DNA of 64,000 bases. It comes from Macrostomum lignano. Lineage: Eukaryota. The notes under the pieces were generated by a model. It was given only the letters and a program-made list of their open reading frames with translations. It did no database searches and had not been told where the DNA came from. The stretch spans positions 62,001 to 126,000 of the forward strand of contig NIVC01001569.1 of NCBI GenBank assembly GCA_002269645.1, in the 5' to 3' direction. Every line of letters begins with the position of its first letter. The stretch's first letter is position 1. Shown here piece after piece: positions 11,893 to 24,524 of the stretch. The position numbers were made by a program, and so were the translations under genes.

Positions 11893-14844
11893 CTAGACAG
11901 ACAGACAGACAGACACTAGACACACAGACAGACAGACAGACAGACAGACACACAGACAGACAGACAGACAGACACACAGACAGACCTGAGTCAGCGCCAG
12001 GGCAGCCACAGCCGCAGCGGACTCAGGGCTGAGTGCCGGTCCGGACCCGGCAGCCGCAGCTTCCAGCTGGCCAGCCGCCAGGCTGCTCCTCGCCAGCTCT
12101 CGATAGTCGCCGTCATCGCCGAGGCCAACAACGGTCAGTCGGCCGGCAGCGGAGCCGAGGTACAGCAGGTCGGACTCGGCCAGAGCGGCGGCGGTGAGAG
12201 CGGCGGGGCCGAGCACCGCGGACCGGTGCAGCAGTTGAGCGCAATGATGACCTTCTTTGTCTTCGTCGTCCTCGATGCCATCATCGCCGCTGCCCAGGCG
12301 CCACAGTTGAAAGGTGCGATCGTCGGAGATTGTCAGCAGGCGATCGTCGGGCAAGTCGATGGCGAGGTTCACCTGTTGGGAAGCCGGTTGGGTTGGCCAT
12401 AGAGTTTTCTGTATAAACATGGACATCTAATTCAGAGCCATGGACAACCACACCTAGTTCAGGGCCATGGACAACTGCACCTAATTTAGAGCCATGGACA
12501 ACCACACCTAATTCAGGGCCATGGACAACCACACCTAATTCAGAGCCATGGACAACCACACCTAATTCAGGGCCATGGACAACCACACCTAGTTCAGGGC
12601 CATGGACAACCACACCTAATTCAGAGCCATGGACAACCACACCTAATTCAGGGCCATGGACAACCACACCTAGTTCAGGGCCATGGACAACCCACACCTA
12701 GTTCAGGGCCATGGACAACTGCACCTAATTTAGAGCCATGGACACCCGGCGGTAAAAATCACGTCGAAATGACGTCGATATTCGCCTTTTAAAGACTATC
12801 GCCGAATTAGTTGTCGGTTGAACCTTCATTCGACGTCGAAATTTCGATATGAATTATTTTATCTTCTCATTTGCCAAATATATCATTTATGATATTTTAC
12901 AATGTTTTCTTCAACGTGATTGCGAGTTTACAAAATTGACCTAAAAATTCAGTACAACAGAGGTTATATTTTTTGTTTTAACTCAGCGCTAGATACGCGC
13001 ATTTTTTAAAAATATCGCCATGCGATGTCGATTTATTATTTTTGATGCCTAACTTATATACATAAATGTTTAACTTATACTTCTGTATTACGCATGGCAG
13101 CTTCTTCCTTTCAATGCATTTTTATATTTGTCGCTGTATTAATGTGTGATTGTGTGTCATAAATTGTGTGTATAATTTGGTTTAACACAATATTGCTGCC
13201 TAGAGTTTTAATCGTTTATTTATGTATAAGCGAATCAATAAAGTAGCCATAAATTTTTTTATTGTTTGTTTTGCTGCCATTGCTGTTAATTATCTTTCCA
13301 GTCAAGAGGAACAACAAAGATAATTGTTCATTTTCCTCTTTTATTTGCTTTGCTGTTATTGTTACTTCTCATTTTTTATTTCACATTTTACATTTTTGAG
13401 TGTAGTTCTAGTTAGACTCAATATCATCTTTTGTCCATTATGTCATGCTTTTGCTAGTTCTTTATCAAGGTCAAAATTGCAGAAAGTAAAGAAGTTGTAG
13501 TTTGTGTTTGTAGATGTATGTAGTTTAGTATATCAGAGCAGACCATTTTTAGTATATATATTTTGAGATTAGAGATTTAGTATAGGTGCATTTATTATAT
13601 TTAGATGTTGCCATTGATTAAGTGTAACTACTGTATTAAATGTATACTCTGTTGCCATTGCGTGTATCCGTGTATCATTGCTCACAGTTTTTCATCGTTT
13701 TTTTCTCATCGTTGCTTTCTGTTCGCAATTGCTGGATGCCGATTTCCATGATCGTTTCCAATTGCTGCTGAATTGGAATTGAACACACGGTACTATACTT
13801 TTTTCATGGTTGCAAGATTATTGCAATTTGCGCGGATAGCAAATGAAACGTCAGCCCTATTTAGCATTTTTATGCCTTAACACTTCTTTTACTGCTTAGA
13901 GTATTTCAGCGTATGAGTTATAAAACTTATGTTCCGTCAGCTGTAAGTTACGTACATGTAGTTTATGGCTAATTGTATGAAACATTGCACTAGCATATTA
14001 ATAATATTAAGTACTAGTATTAATAGCCATAATATTAAAATCGAAAATTTGTCGAAAATCGCCATTTACTTTCTGTGATCGACGAGTATAACGACGTCGA
14101 TTTTTCGCCATCAATAGTGGAAAACACGACGTCGCATACTCGACATCTGATGGCGAAAATTTCGACGTCGAAATCGTGGTTCAAATCAACATGAAATTTC
14201 GACGTCGCTTTTCGACGTCATTTCGACGTGATTTTTACCGCCGGGCAACCACACCTAATTCAGGACCATGGACAACCACACCTAATTCAGAGCAAATTTC
14301 AAAGCACCTGGGCCGAATGACCATCCAACCAGATGCCGGCAGCATCCTGATCTCTGACAGTCGAGTTCAACCGCAGCAGTAGCACTCTTCTAGTGTACAC
14401 CAACGCCAGGAACCGGGCATCGGAGAGGAACGCCAGACTGTTGGCGACTCGAGCTCCAGTCGCTATTCGTTGCCGACCTTCCACGGGATCGCCGCGGGCG
14501 TCGTTATCTGCGCACTCGTCCAGGTCCCACAGGGTCACGTGATCCTCAGCCTGGCTAGCCAGAAGTCTTGGCGCTACCCAATTGGTCAGGGCTAAACAGA
14601 CTATTGGACGCCTATGGCCAATCAGTTGCAGAGGAGTGTGTGGTCTGTCGAAGAAGTGCGTGTGTACTTTTAGCTGGCCATCCGAAGGGCTGCACCAGCA
14701 GAGGCAGGTTTCATTGGCAGCGAATGCTGACACATTGTTTAACTGGGGCGGCCCGCTGGTGTTTGGCTTGAGTAGCCAATCCTGAAATATTTTCAAGTTT
14801 CAACCTTTGCTTGACAAAAATGATACAAGTGAATGACTTTCCAT
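6890..14844 (-). CDS. WDR27: WD repeat-containing protein 27 (about 900 aa). Exons 14781-14308, 12372-11986, 11592-11082, 9383-9287, 8926-8427, 8148-7686, 7154-6890; tentative micro first exon from ATG 14844
   Basis: All seven exons join in frame at GT-AG sites. WDR27 hallmark motifs: [74 protein letters not shown]. Confidence 0.9.
7170..7650. repeat. Intronic 20-bp (GAAGGGTGAGATGAAGGGGT)n and 15-bp (GGATTTGGGAAGAAT)n arrays
   Basis: Direct reading, last WDR27 intron. Confidence 0.9.
8161..8390. repeat. Intronic 45-bp tandem repeat, about 5 copies
   Basis: AGTAGAGGGCGGAAATGGGAGGAAGTAGAC recurs at 8161, 8206 and onward. Confidence 0.9.
8979..9222. repeat. Intronic 12-bp repeat (CACAGGGGAGCA)n
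   Basis: Direct reading. Confidence 0.9.
9525..10715. repeat. Intronic 19-bp minisatellite (CAGCATCAATCTCATCCCT)n
   Basis: Direct reading. Confidence 0.95.
11640..11985. repeat. Intronic (GACA)n microsatellite
   Basis: Direct reading. Confidence 0.95.
12405..14292. repeat. 27-bp minisatellite (CCATGGACAACCACACCTAATTCAGGG)n, split by a transposon insertion
   Basis: Units run 12405-12744 and resume at 14246-14292. Confidence 0.9.
12745..14245. mobile_element. Non-autonomous TIR DNA transposon, 1501 bp, CMC/EnSpm-like (CCC...GGG ends, 2-bp TSD CA)
   Basis: Perfect 34-bp TIR CCCGGCGGTAAAAATCACGTCGAAATGACGTCGA at both ends. CA is duplicated at 12743-44 and 14246-47 relative to the uninterrupted minisatellite unit. 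Many subterminal CGACGTCG motifs and an AT-rich interior without a long ORF. Confidence 0.85.
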
Positions 14845-16957
14845 TGGTTGTGTTGAGGCTTCCTTTCACAGTTTACTAATATAGAGCCAAGCTTACATGT
14901 AAAATTGAATATAAATACATCTATGAAATTTCTAACAAAAGAATAACTAAAACGAAAAGTACTGTTTAATGTGCACTTTTCTCATTAAATAAATAGGATT
15001 TTATGCTATTTCAAAATAGTGAGAAACTAGCATAACCTCCCATGAGTAGATAGGGACACTATTTATACCATACTATTCCTTTATTTTCAGTAAGCCTGTA
15101 TGCATTTTTAGATGAATAAGAGAAACAAATAAACAAATATATTGTGATTGACATCTAAAAATTATAGTCACATTTAAATTTTACATACATATAAGCGTTA
15201 TGGCTATGATATATACGTTAAGACTAATACTAATTAAATCTATAGTGAAGTGTACATTAAAGTGGATAAATTATAATGGCAAAAAAGCAATTACTTGGCT
15301 TATAAAAATGTAATTTAATTAGCAATGACTATTTTTATTTTAGCATAGTTAATGCACTGCAAATTATGTCTTATAGGACATGAATAATAAAAAATTAACG
15401 GAGCATGAAAAAATCAATTTTTGATAAATATAAAGTAGAAAACAACAGAAACTAGCCATCTATATTATTTGTGTCGAATACTCGAATGCTTTAATAAAAG
15501 GACAAGGACTCAAGAAGTAACAGTAATTCATAATAAAATTGGCACTAGACACTCATTTTAAAATTAATTAGCGCTGATCAGGGTTCTATACATTGTTTAC
15601 AAATATGATTCGTTATTACTATTCTCGAACACTTTTCTAGAGAATATCGAGATCACCTAAGCCAGTGGACCACGTGTGTTTAAAAATGAGACTAATTTCG
15701 TGAAGTCAAATTTAGATGTTTTAAGAGATTCTCTGACAAAAATGCAATAAGAAAAGCCATACCTTTACGTGCTGCACAAGCTTTACTTTCAAAATTTTAT
15801 TAATTTAAAGAATAACTTTGTTTCTATTTTTTCGAAACCTTTTTGTTTTACATTAAGAAACACAAGTTAACAGCGCCAATTTGAAAATTTCCACCGTTTT
15901 ACCGCGGGCCTCAAAAATATCGAAGTCATTAAATGCACGACGCATGCTCCTATCGTGCTTGCCAGATTAGCTTACCATAAATAGCAAGAACTAGTTGCAT
16001 TAATTCCACTAGCTAGTTAATTTACACATTATCTTTTAGCGTACTCTATAAATTTGGTCAAATAATTTCCAAGGACCACTGTATATAGCGTGGTCCTTGA
16101 TAATTTCTCGGGAGTGAATCTCATCGGGTAATGAAATTATCGGAAAAGATAATTTCATCGGGAATGATATAATAATATAAGCCTAGGGCTAGGCCTAGGC
16201 ATACTGCTAGGCCTAGTATGTAAAATGCATACTGTACATTTTTAATTACTTCTCATCATTTTGTTTGCATTAAATATTTTATAATTCTATAATTATTTTT
16301 TTATAAATTATATATTACATATTTTTTATTTATATATAAAAAACAAAATTTTGTTTTTTATCATATAGAGCTATATATATATATATATATATATATATAA
16401 TGTCATATATAAAAACTTTAAGAAAGTAATTAAACTATAGATTTTAAGTTAGGCCTAACTCTATCTTATGTTCTGACTTGAGCTTTAAAAGTCAATTTAT
16501 AATTATATTTTAATATGCTAAAAGAGCACATTGACTGTTTCAACTGAGTTGCATTGCTTAAATTTGTTAGTTTAGAATTTTTATGCACTTTAGAATTGAT
16601 CATAATGCAATGTCATGAATACTAAATATCTTCTATTATATTATAGTGATATATTCATATGTTCAGTAGATTTTGTTACTATAGGCTTATTAAACAAAGC
16701 TTTTTATTTTTGATAGGTAATATTTCTGCCTATTATAATAATTAGTGTTAGGCAATGGTAAAAGTTATATTTATTAATTAAAGTTGATAGCATTAGAGTC
16801 AATGGATAAATTTTAAACATTATTAATTTTTTGTATACACATAGACAAATAAAATTGTAGATAATATAACAAAATATTTCTTAACTTTGTTATTTATAAA
16901 TGTTTTAATTAATAATATTTATTTATTTACTATTACAGATTGCTAAGTCCACTAGCC

Positions 16958-18671
16958 ATGATGAATAGGGAATCAGATTTTGCTGCTGAAGATATCAACA
17001 AAAATGAGGATCCAGCTTTGTTGCAGAGAATCTCTAAGGTGATGGCTGCCATTCAAACAGAGCAAGAAAAAATAAAAGTTTTAAAACTGTCAGTGCAAGA
17101 GGAAGAGGCAAAGTTGGAAATGCGGCGCAAGAAGGATGAAGCTGATGCAGCACAGGCAGAAAAGGAAACTGCTGAGCAGTTGATGCAGAAGCATAGGAAA
17201 TTGGTTGAGCTAACTAAACAGAATGCTGAACTGCAGACAAAGTATGCCCGTCTCAAGCACCAGGTGTGTACCATATGTATTGCACCCATTGATTGATATA
17301 TTCATTATAAGTGAGATTCTCCCTTGAGACTGATCCTCAGGTGAGATTCTCCCTTGAGACTGATCCTCAGGTGAGATTCTCCCTGAGACTGATCCTCAGG
17401 TGAGATTCTCCTTTGAGACTGATCCTCAGGTGAGATTCTCCCTTGAGACTGATCCTCAGGTGAGATTCTCCCTTGAGACTGATCCTCAGGTGAGATTCTC
17501 CCTTGAGACTGATCCTCAGGTGAGATTCTCCCTTGAGACTGATCCTCAGGTGAGATTCTCCCTAAGACCGATCCCAAATGTTCTATCTGAGACTGATCCT
17601 CAGGTGAGATTCTCCCTAAGACCGATCCCAAATGTTCTATCTGAGACTGATCCTCAGGTGAGATTCTCCCTAAGACCGATTCTATTCTGACCAATTCTAT
17701 TCAGTCTCAAATGTGAGATTCTATCTGAGACCGATCCTCAGGTGAGATTCTCCCTCTAAGACCGATCCCAAATGTGAGATTCTCCCTAAGACCGATCATC
17801 AGGTGAGATTCTCCCTGAGACCGATCCCAAATGCGAGATTCTCTTTGAGATCGATCACAAATGTGAAATTCTCGCTGAGTCTGATTCTCAGGTGAGATTT
17901 GCCCTGAGACCAAAATAATTTGCTAAGTGAACTTCTCATTGAAATCAAACTATTGTTATTGCTGGATTCCAATCCAGTTACCTAATACACTAGCAGTCCA
18001 TGCCTCACACCCGCGTCAATCAAACCAATAATCAGGTGGAAAACCGCGAACGCGCCCTGGCCGATGCTCGCGCCGACTCGAAAGCGCAATATGACGCAGC
18101 GGCTGACGCAGCCGCAGCCAAGGAGGCCGCCGCGGTGGAAGCCGACGCCGCGAAACTGCGCACCCAACTGGCCGAGGAGGCGGCCGCCTCAGCCGCCGAG
18201 GTCGAAGCCATCGAGCGCATGCGCCGTCAGGCGACCGAAGCCGAGGCCGAGCAATCGGCCGAAGAGGCCTCAATGTTGTCCCTGTCCGAGCGGCTGCGCC
18301 AGAGCCTTGCCGAGACCGAAGCCCTGCTAGCCGCTGCGAAATCCGAGACTCGCGCAGTTGAAGCCGCCGACACGGCCGAACTGATGACGCTGATGGAGCA
18401 GCAGGACGCTGAGGTTGACGCCCTGTTAGAGCAGAGGCCCAGCGGAGCGGAATGGCTGGCAGGCGAAGGCGCGGCCGCCTGGCAGGCCTATCACAGCAAG
18501 CTGCGGCAGTTGCAGTCTGAGTCTAAGGCCAAGCTTGGCCCAGTAAAAGAGCAGCTGGCTGAGGCCTTGCGATCGGTCGCCGCTGACAGCGAAGACGATG
18601 GCAAGGAGGCTCAACGGGAGAAGATTAGCAATAAATTCGGCCAGAAGAGGAAGTTGGTGAATGATGATTGA
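16958..18671 (+). CDS. Uncharacterised alpha-helical coiled-coil protein (313 aa; exons 16958-17263, 18036-18671)
   Basis: Phase-0 intron CAG|GTGTGT ... AATCAG|GTG joins two Ala/Glu/Lys-rich helical ORFs. Acceptor TTACAG upstream of the ATG suggests a 5'UTR intron. The C-terminal QKRK is NLS-like. Confidence 0.8.
17310..17910 (+). repeat. Intronic 30-bp tandem repeat GTGAGATTCTCCCTTGAGACTGATCCTCAG
   Basis: Direct reading. Unit junctions read CTCAG|GTGAG. Confidence 0.9.
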
Positions 18672-18944
18672 TGAACTCTGGGTGGAAACAGCTTCCCCCC
18701 CTATCATTGTGCTGAACATTTAGACCATATGAATAAAGTGAGCTATTGCTCAAACTTGACTTAAGTCGTCTCAATTCACTAAGAATATAGTTAAATTGTG
18801 TGCTAGGCCTACCCATGGATGAATAAAACCATGGATTGCTCGTCTGACTTTAATTTGGGGGTGCAATATACCAATATTGATGGGCTGCAGTCCATTATAT
18901 GGATGCAGCCCATCCATACTAGTGTTATAGTTAGCGGGCGAGAA

Positions 18945-19830
18945 ACCGCGTTTCACGTCCCGCTGAGACTGTCTATGGTAAAATCCCATTTACTCCTATG
19001 CATTCAGTCGGTTTCACGTCCCGCTGAGACTGTCTATGGTAAAATCACATTTACTCCAATGCATTCAGTCGGTTTCACGTCCCGCTGAGACTGTCTATGG
19101 TAAAATCCCATTTACTCCTATGCATTCAGTCGGTTTCACGTCCCGCTGAGACTGTCTATGGTAAAATCCCATTTACTCCTATGCATTCAGTCGGTTTCAC
19201 GTTCCGCTGAGACTGTCTATGGTAAAATCACATTTACTCCAATGCATTCAGTCGGTTTCACGGCCCGCTGAGACTGTCTATAGTAAAATCCCATTTACTC
19301 CAATGCATTCAGTCGGTTTCACGTCCCGCTGAGACTGTCTATGGTAAAATCCCATTTACTCCAATGCATTCAGTCGGCTTCACGGCCCGCTGAGACTGTC
19401 TATAGTAAAATCCCATTTACTCCAATGCATTCAGTCGGCTTCACGGCCCGCTGAGACTGTCTATGGTAAAATCCCATTTACTCCAATGCATTCAGTCGGC
19501 TTCACGGCCCGCTGAGACTGTCTATAGTAAAATCCCATTTACTGCAATGCATTCAGTCGGCTTCACGGCCCGCTGAGACTGTCTATAGTAAAATCCCATT
19601 TACTCCAATGCATTCAGTCGGCTTCACGGCCCGCTGAGACTGTCTATGGTAAAATCCCATTTACTCCAATGCATTCAGTCGGTTTCACGGCCCGCTGAGA
19701 CTGTCTATGGTAAAATCCCATTTACTCCTATGCATTCAGTCGGTTTCACGTTCCGCTGAGACTGTCTATGGTAAAATCCCATTTACTGCAATGCATTCAG
19801 TCGGCTTCACGGCCCGCTGAAAATGTCTAT
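18945..19830. repeat. 61-bp minisatellite, about 14 copies
   Basis: The unit TTCACGTCCCGCTGAGACTGTCTATGGTAAAATCCCATTTACTCC... shifts by one base per 60-nt line. Confidence 0.95.
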
Positions 19831-19922
19831 GGCAAAGTCAGAAGACAGTGGGGTCAGGGTTCATAGCACATTTGCACATCAGCACTCTAGAGAAAGAAAG
19901 GGAGAATGAAATCTAAGAAATT

Positions 19923-20140
19923 GTCTATGGCCAAAACTCCTTATTTTGTGAATCATTGCAGTGGGAATAAATTGAACTCTCTGAGACTTTCTCGGGCCAA
20001 CTGCAGCTTGCAACGTTTTTACCATAGACAACTAAGGGATCTTCAGTAGCCAAAATTGCACCCCCAAATTTAAGGCAAATGAGCAATCCATGGTCCATGT
20101 TAGAGACTCGCATCAATATGAATAAGCTTTGGCCATAGAC
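19923..20140. mobile_element. Possible MITE with 13-bp inverted ends
   Basis: GTCTATGGCCAAA (19923-35) and TTTGGCCATAGAC (20128-40). No clear TSD. Confidence 0.35.
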
Positions 20141-20719
20141 CAAACTTTTAAAGCATTTATGCTCAGGTCATAGTCAGCTTTCCTATTTCTCTGGTAGCAT
20201 GCCTGAATTATTGTAGTTACAAAAAAGGCACCTGCCCGAATGAAACTGACGTAGTTACGATGGTGTACGGTTGCTCACTTTCTTCATACGGTCTCAACCG
20301 TCTTATACATTCTTTGTTTGCTATTGTTGTTGTTAAAATGCAATATACTAGTTCCTATGCATTTTCGCACCCACAGTATGGTTTTCTTTCTTTTTCTCTT
20401 CTTTTGTTAATGAAATAAAAAAAACTAAAATGTCAGGATGTGTTCTCAATTCAACTGCTTGGGAAGACCTTTCTTGTCTTCGGTTTTAGATTGATGGCGC
20501 CGTTTTTTGCGGCCGGACAACTGCTTTAAAAATTATTTTAAGAGTGGCCTTGTTTTTTACCTTTTTTCTACTTTAAGTAGCAATTTTAGTGTGTGATTAA
20601 TTTTGTAATCATCGGGAATTCGCTAGGCAATTTTGATAGTAAATTTGTAGAGTAGAAAATCCATTAGATAAAGACAGCAACTAACACAATTAGACACTGA
20701 GTTACACGATTAGATTAGG

Positions 20720-22705
20720 ACACCGGGTAAGGCAGTTAGACACCGGGTAAGGCAGTTAGACACCGGGTAAGACAGTTAGACACCGGGTAAGGCAGTTAGA
20801 CACCGGGTAAGGCAGTTAGACACCGGGTAAGGCAGTTAGACACCGGGTAAGATAGTTAGACACCGGATAAGACAGACACCGGGTAAGATAGTTAGACACC
20901 GGATAAGACAGACACCGGGTAAGACAGTTAGACACTGGGTAAGATAGTTAGACACCGGGTAAGACAGTTAGACACCGGGTAAGGCAGTTAGACACCAGGT
21001 AAGACAGTTAGACACCGGGTAAGACAGTTAGACACCGGATAAGACAGACACCGGGTAAGGCAGTTAGACACCGGGTAAGGCAGTTAGACACCGGGTAAGA
21101 CAGTTAGACACCGGGTAAGATAGTTAGACACCGGATAAGACAGACACCGGGTAAGATAGTTAGACACCGGGTAAGACAGTTAGACACCGGGTAAGACAGT
21201 TAGACACCGGATAAGACAGACACCGGGTAAGATAGTTAGACACCGGGTAAGGCAGTTAGACACCGGGTAAGACAGTTAGACACCGGGTAAGGCAGTTAGA
21301 CACCGGGTAAGGCAGTTAGACACCGGGTAAGACAGTTAAACACCGGGTAAGATAGTTAGACACCGGATAAGACAGACACCGGGTAAGACAGTTAGACACC
21401 GGGTAAGGCAGTTAGACACCGGGTAAGACAGTTAGACACCGGGTAAGACAGTTAGACACCGGGTAAGACAGTTAGACACCGGGTAAGACAGTTAGACACC
21501 GGGTAAGACAGTTAGACACCGGGTAAGGCAGTTAGACACCGGGTAAGGCAGTTAGACACCGGGTAAGACAGTTAGACACTGGGTAAGATAGTTAGACACC
21601 GGGTAAGACAGTTAGACACCGGGTAAGGCAGTTAGACACCAGGTAAGACAGTTAGACACCGGGTAAGACAGTTAGACACCGGATAAGACAGACACCGGGT
21701 AAGGCAGTTAGACACCGGGTAAGGCAGTTAGACACCGGGTAAGACAGTTAGACACCGGGTAAGGCAGTTAGACACCGGGTAAGGCAGTTAGACACTGGGT
21801 AAGGCAGTTAGACACCGGGTAAGACAGTTAGACACCGGGTAAGACAGTTAGACACCGGGTAAGGCAGTTAGACACCGGATAAGACAGTTAGACACCGGGT
21901 AAGATAGTTAGACACCGGATAAGACAGACACCGGGTAAGATAGTTAGACACCGGGTAAGACAGTTAGACACCGGGTAAGACAGTTAGACACCGGATAAGA
22001 CAGACACCGGGTAAGATAGTTAGACACCGGGTAAGGCAGTTAGACACCGGGTAAGACAGTTAGACACCGGGTAAGGCAGTTAGACACCGGGTAAGGCAGT
22101 TAGACACCGGGTAAGACAGTTAGACACCGGGTAAGATAGTTAGACACCGGATAAGACAGACACCGGGTAAGATAGTTAGACACCGGGTAAGACAGTTAGA
22201 CACCGGATAAGACAGACACCGGATAAGATAGTTAGACACCGGGTAAGGCAGTTAGACACCGGGTAAGACAGTTAGACACCGGGTAAGGCAGTTAGACACC
22301 GGGTAAGGCAGTTAGACACCGGGTAAGACAGTTAGACACCGGGTAAGATAGTTAGACACCGGATAAGACAGACACCGGGTAAGATAGTTAGACACCGGGT
22401 AAGACAGTTAGACACCGGGTAAGACAGTTAGACACCGGATAAGACAGACACCGGGTAAGATAGTTAGACACCGGGTAAGGCAGTTAGACACCGGGTAAGA
22501 CAGTTAGACACCGGGTAAGGCAGTTAGACACCGGGTAAGGCAGTTAGACACCGGGTAAGACAGTTAGACACCGGGTAAGATAGTTAGACACCGGATAAGA
22601 CAGACACCGGGTAAGATAGTTAGACACCGGGCAAGATAGTTAGACACCGGGCAAGATAGTTAGACACCGGGCAAGACAGTTGGACACTTGGTAAGACAGT
22701 TACTT
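20720..22705. repeat. 20-bp satellite (GACACCGGGTAAGRCAGTTA)n, about 100 copies, with recurring 16-bp deletion variants
   Basis: Direct reading. Confidence 0.95.
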
Positions 22706-22707
22706 AG

Positions 22708-23260
22708 ACACCAGGTGAGACACCTGGCATCAGCAGGTGAGACACCTGACATCAGCAGGTGAAACACCTGGCATCAGCAGGTGAGACACCTGGCATCAGC
22801 AGGTGAGACACCTGACATCAGCAGGTGAGACACCTGACATCAGAAGGTGAGACACCTGACACCAGCAGGTGAGACACCTGACATCAGCAGGTGAGACACC
22901 TGACACCAGCAGGTGAGACACCTGACATCAGCAGGTGAAACACCTGGCATCAGCAGGTGAGACACCTGGCATCAGCAGGTGAGACACCTGACATCAGCAG
23001 GTGAGACACCTGACATCAGAAGGTGAGACACCTGACACCAGCAGGTGAGACACCTGACATCAGCAGGTGAGACACCTGACACCAGCAGGTGAGACACCTG
23101 ACACCAGCAGGTGAGACACCTGACATCAGCAGGTGAGACACCTGACACCAGCAGGTGAGACACCTGACATCAGCAGGTGAGACACCTGACATCAGCAGGT
23201 GAGACACCTGACATCAGCAGGTAAGAAACCTGGCATCAGCAGGGGAGACACCTGATATGA
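22708..23260. repeat. 22-bp tandem repeat (GACACCTGACATCAGCAGGTGA)n
   Basis: Direct reading. Confidence 0.95.
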
Positions 23261-23831
23261 TGATAGCTAGGTTTAACTAAACAAAAATATATGAAGAATA
23301 TTAACGGCATCACAAATATATCGCTACTAATACCAGTACAATTAAGTCCAGTTAGTTATAGATTTCTTACACTCTTCAAACTCTCCCTCTTCTGGCATAT
23401 ACTGAGTCCCCTGTCTCTCCTCTCTTTTCCTTAACGAACAATGCAGACCGGAAGTGCTCCTAGGCCTGCAGGGTCCGTTTGAGAAGCAGTCGCTCCACCT
23501 CACCTCCCAGTCGCAAGAAGGTCTTTCACTCGCCTACAGTGAGTCGGACAGGGAAATTCTATAGGTCATATAGCCTGCATGACTGTTGTAGGTTCCCGAC
23601 AGCACGAGCCTGCAGCCATCCATCTTGCCTCTGTTGCTGCAGGAATTTTCTATTTGACGGACAACTATTAGGTATAGGAGAGTATAAATCTTCGAGTAGG
23701 GCTAGAGGCAAAACTCACGGGTAGTTTTTTTTATTGTCCGTCCTTTTCAGAGTTATCAACATTTTCACATCAGACGCACTTATACGTGTATAGATTTACC
23801 ATTTTATCGATCCATATTTTATGGATATTTC

Positions 23832-24405
23832 ATTGAGACACACTTGAGAATGCGCGCTTATTTGATTCAGACACTTGAGAATGTGCGCTTATTTGATTGA
23901 GACACAATTCAGAATGCGCGCTTATTTGATTGAGACACACTTGAGAATGCGCGCTTATTTGATTGAGACACATTTGAGAATGCGCGCTTATTTGAATCAG
24001 ACACACTTGAGAATGCGCGCTTATTTGATTCAGACACACTTGAGAATGCGCGCTTATTTGATTGAGACACACTTGAGAATGCGCGCTTATTTGATTGAGA
24101 CACATTTGAGAATGCGCGCTTATTTGATTCAGACACAATTGAGAATGCGCGCTTATTTGATTCAGACACAATTGAGAATGCGCGCTTATTTGATTCAGAC
24201 ACTTCAGAATGCACGCTTATTTGATTGAGACACACTTGAGAATGCGCGCTTATTTGATTGAGACACATTTGAGAATGCGCGCTTATTTGATTCAGACACA
24301 ATTGAGAATGCGCGCTTATTTGATTCAGACACAATTGAGAATGCGCGCTTATTTAATTGAGACACACTTGAGAATGCGCGCTTATTTGATTGAGACACAC
24401 TTCAG
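23832..24405. repeat. 33-bp tandem repeat (TTGAGACACACTTGAGAATGCGCGCTTATTTGA)n
   Basis: Direct reading. Confidence 0.95.
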
Positions 24406-24524
24406 ATTGTGCGCTGACGTTACCAGCGACCACTTTTGCTTATTTTTGGTACTATACCACTCAGTTTGGATACTGTCAGCTCATTATAGGCGCCAAAACA
24501 CCCATTTTTGACATTGTTAGCTCC

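Noticed and set aside
23452-23550. Exon-like segment (CAG|ACCGGAAG..CTACA|GTGAGT) as an ATD-coding exon of iGluR A
   Set aside because: It is only ~100 nt, has no LIVBP-like similarity, and lies upstream of the signal-peptide exon. At most it is a UTR exon.
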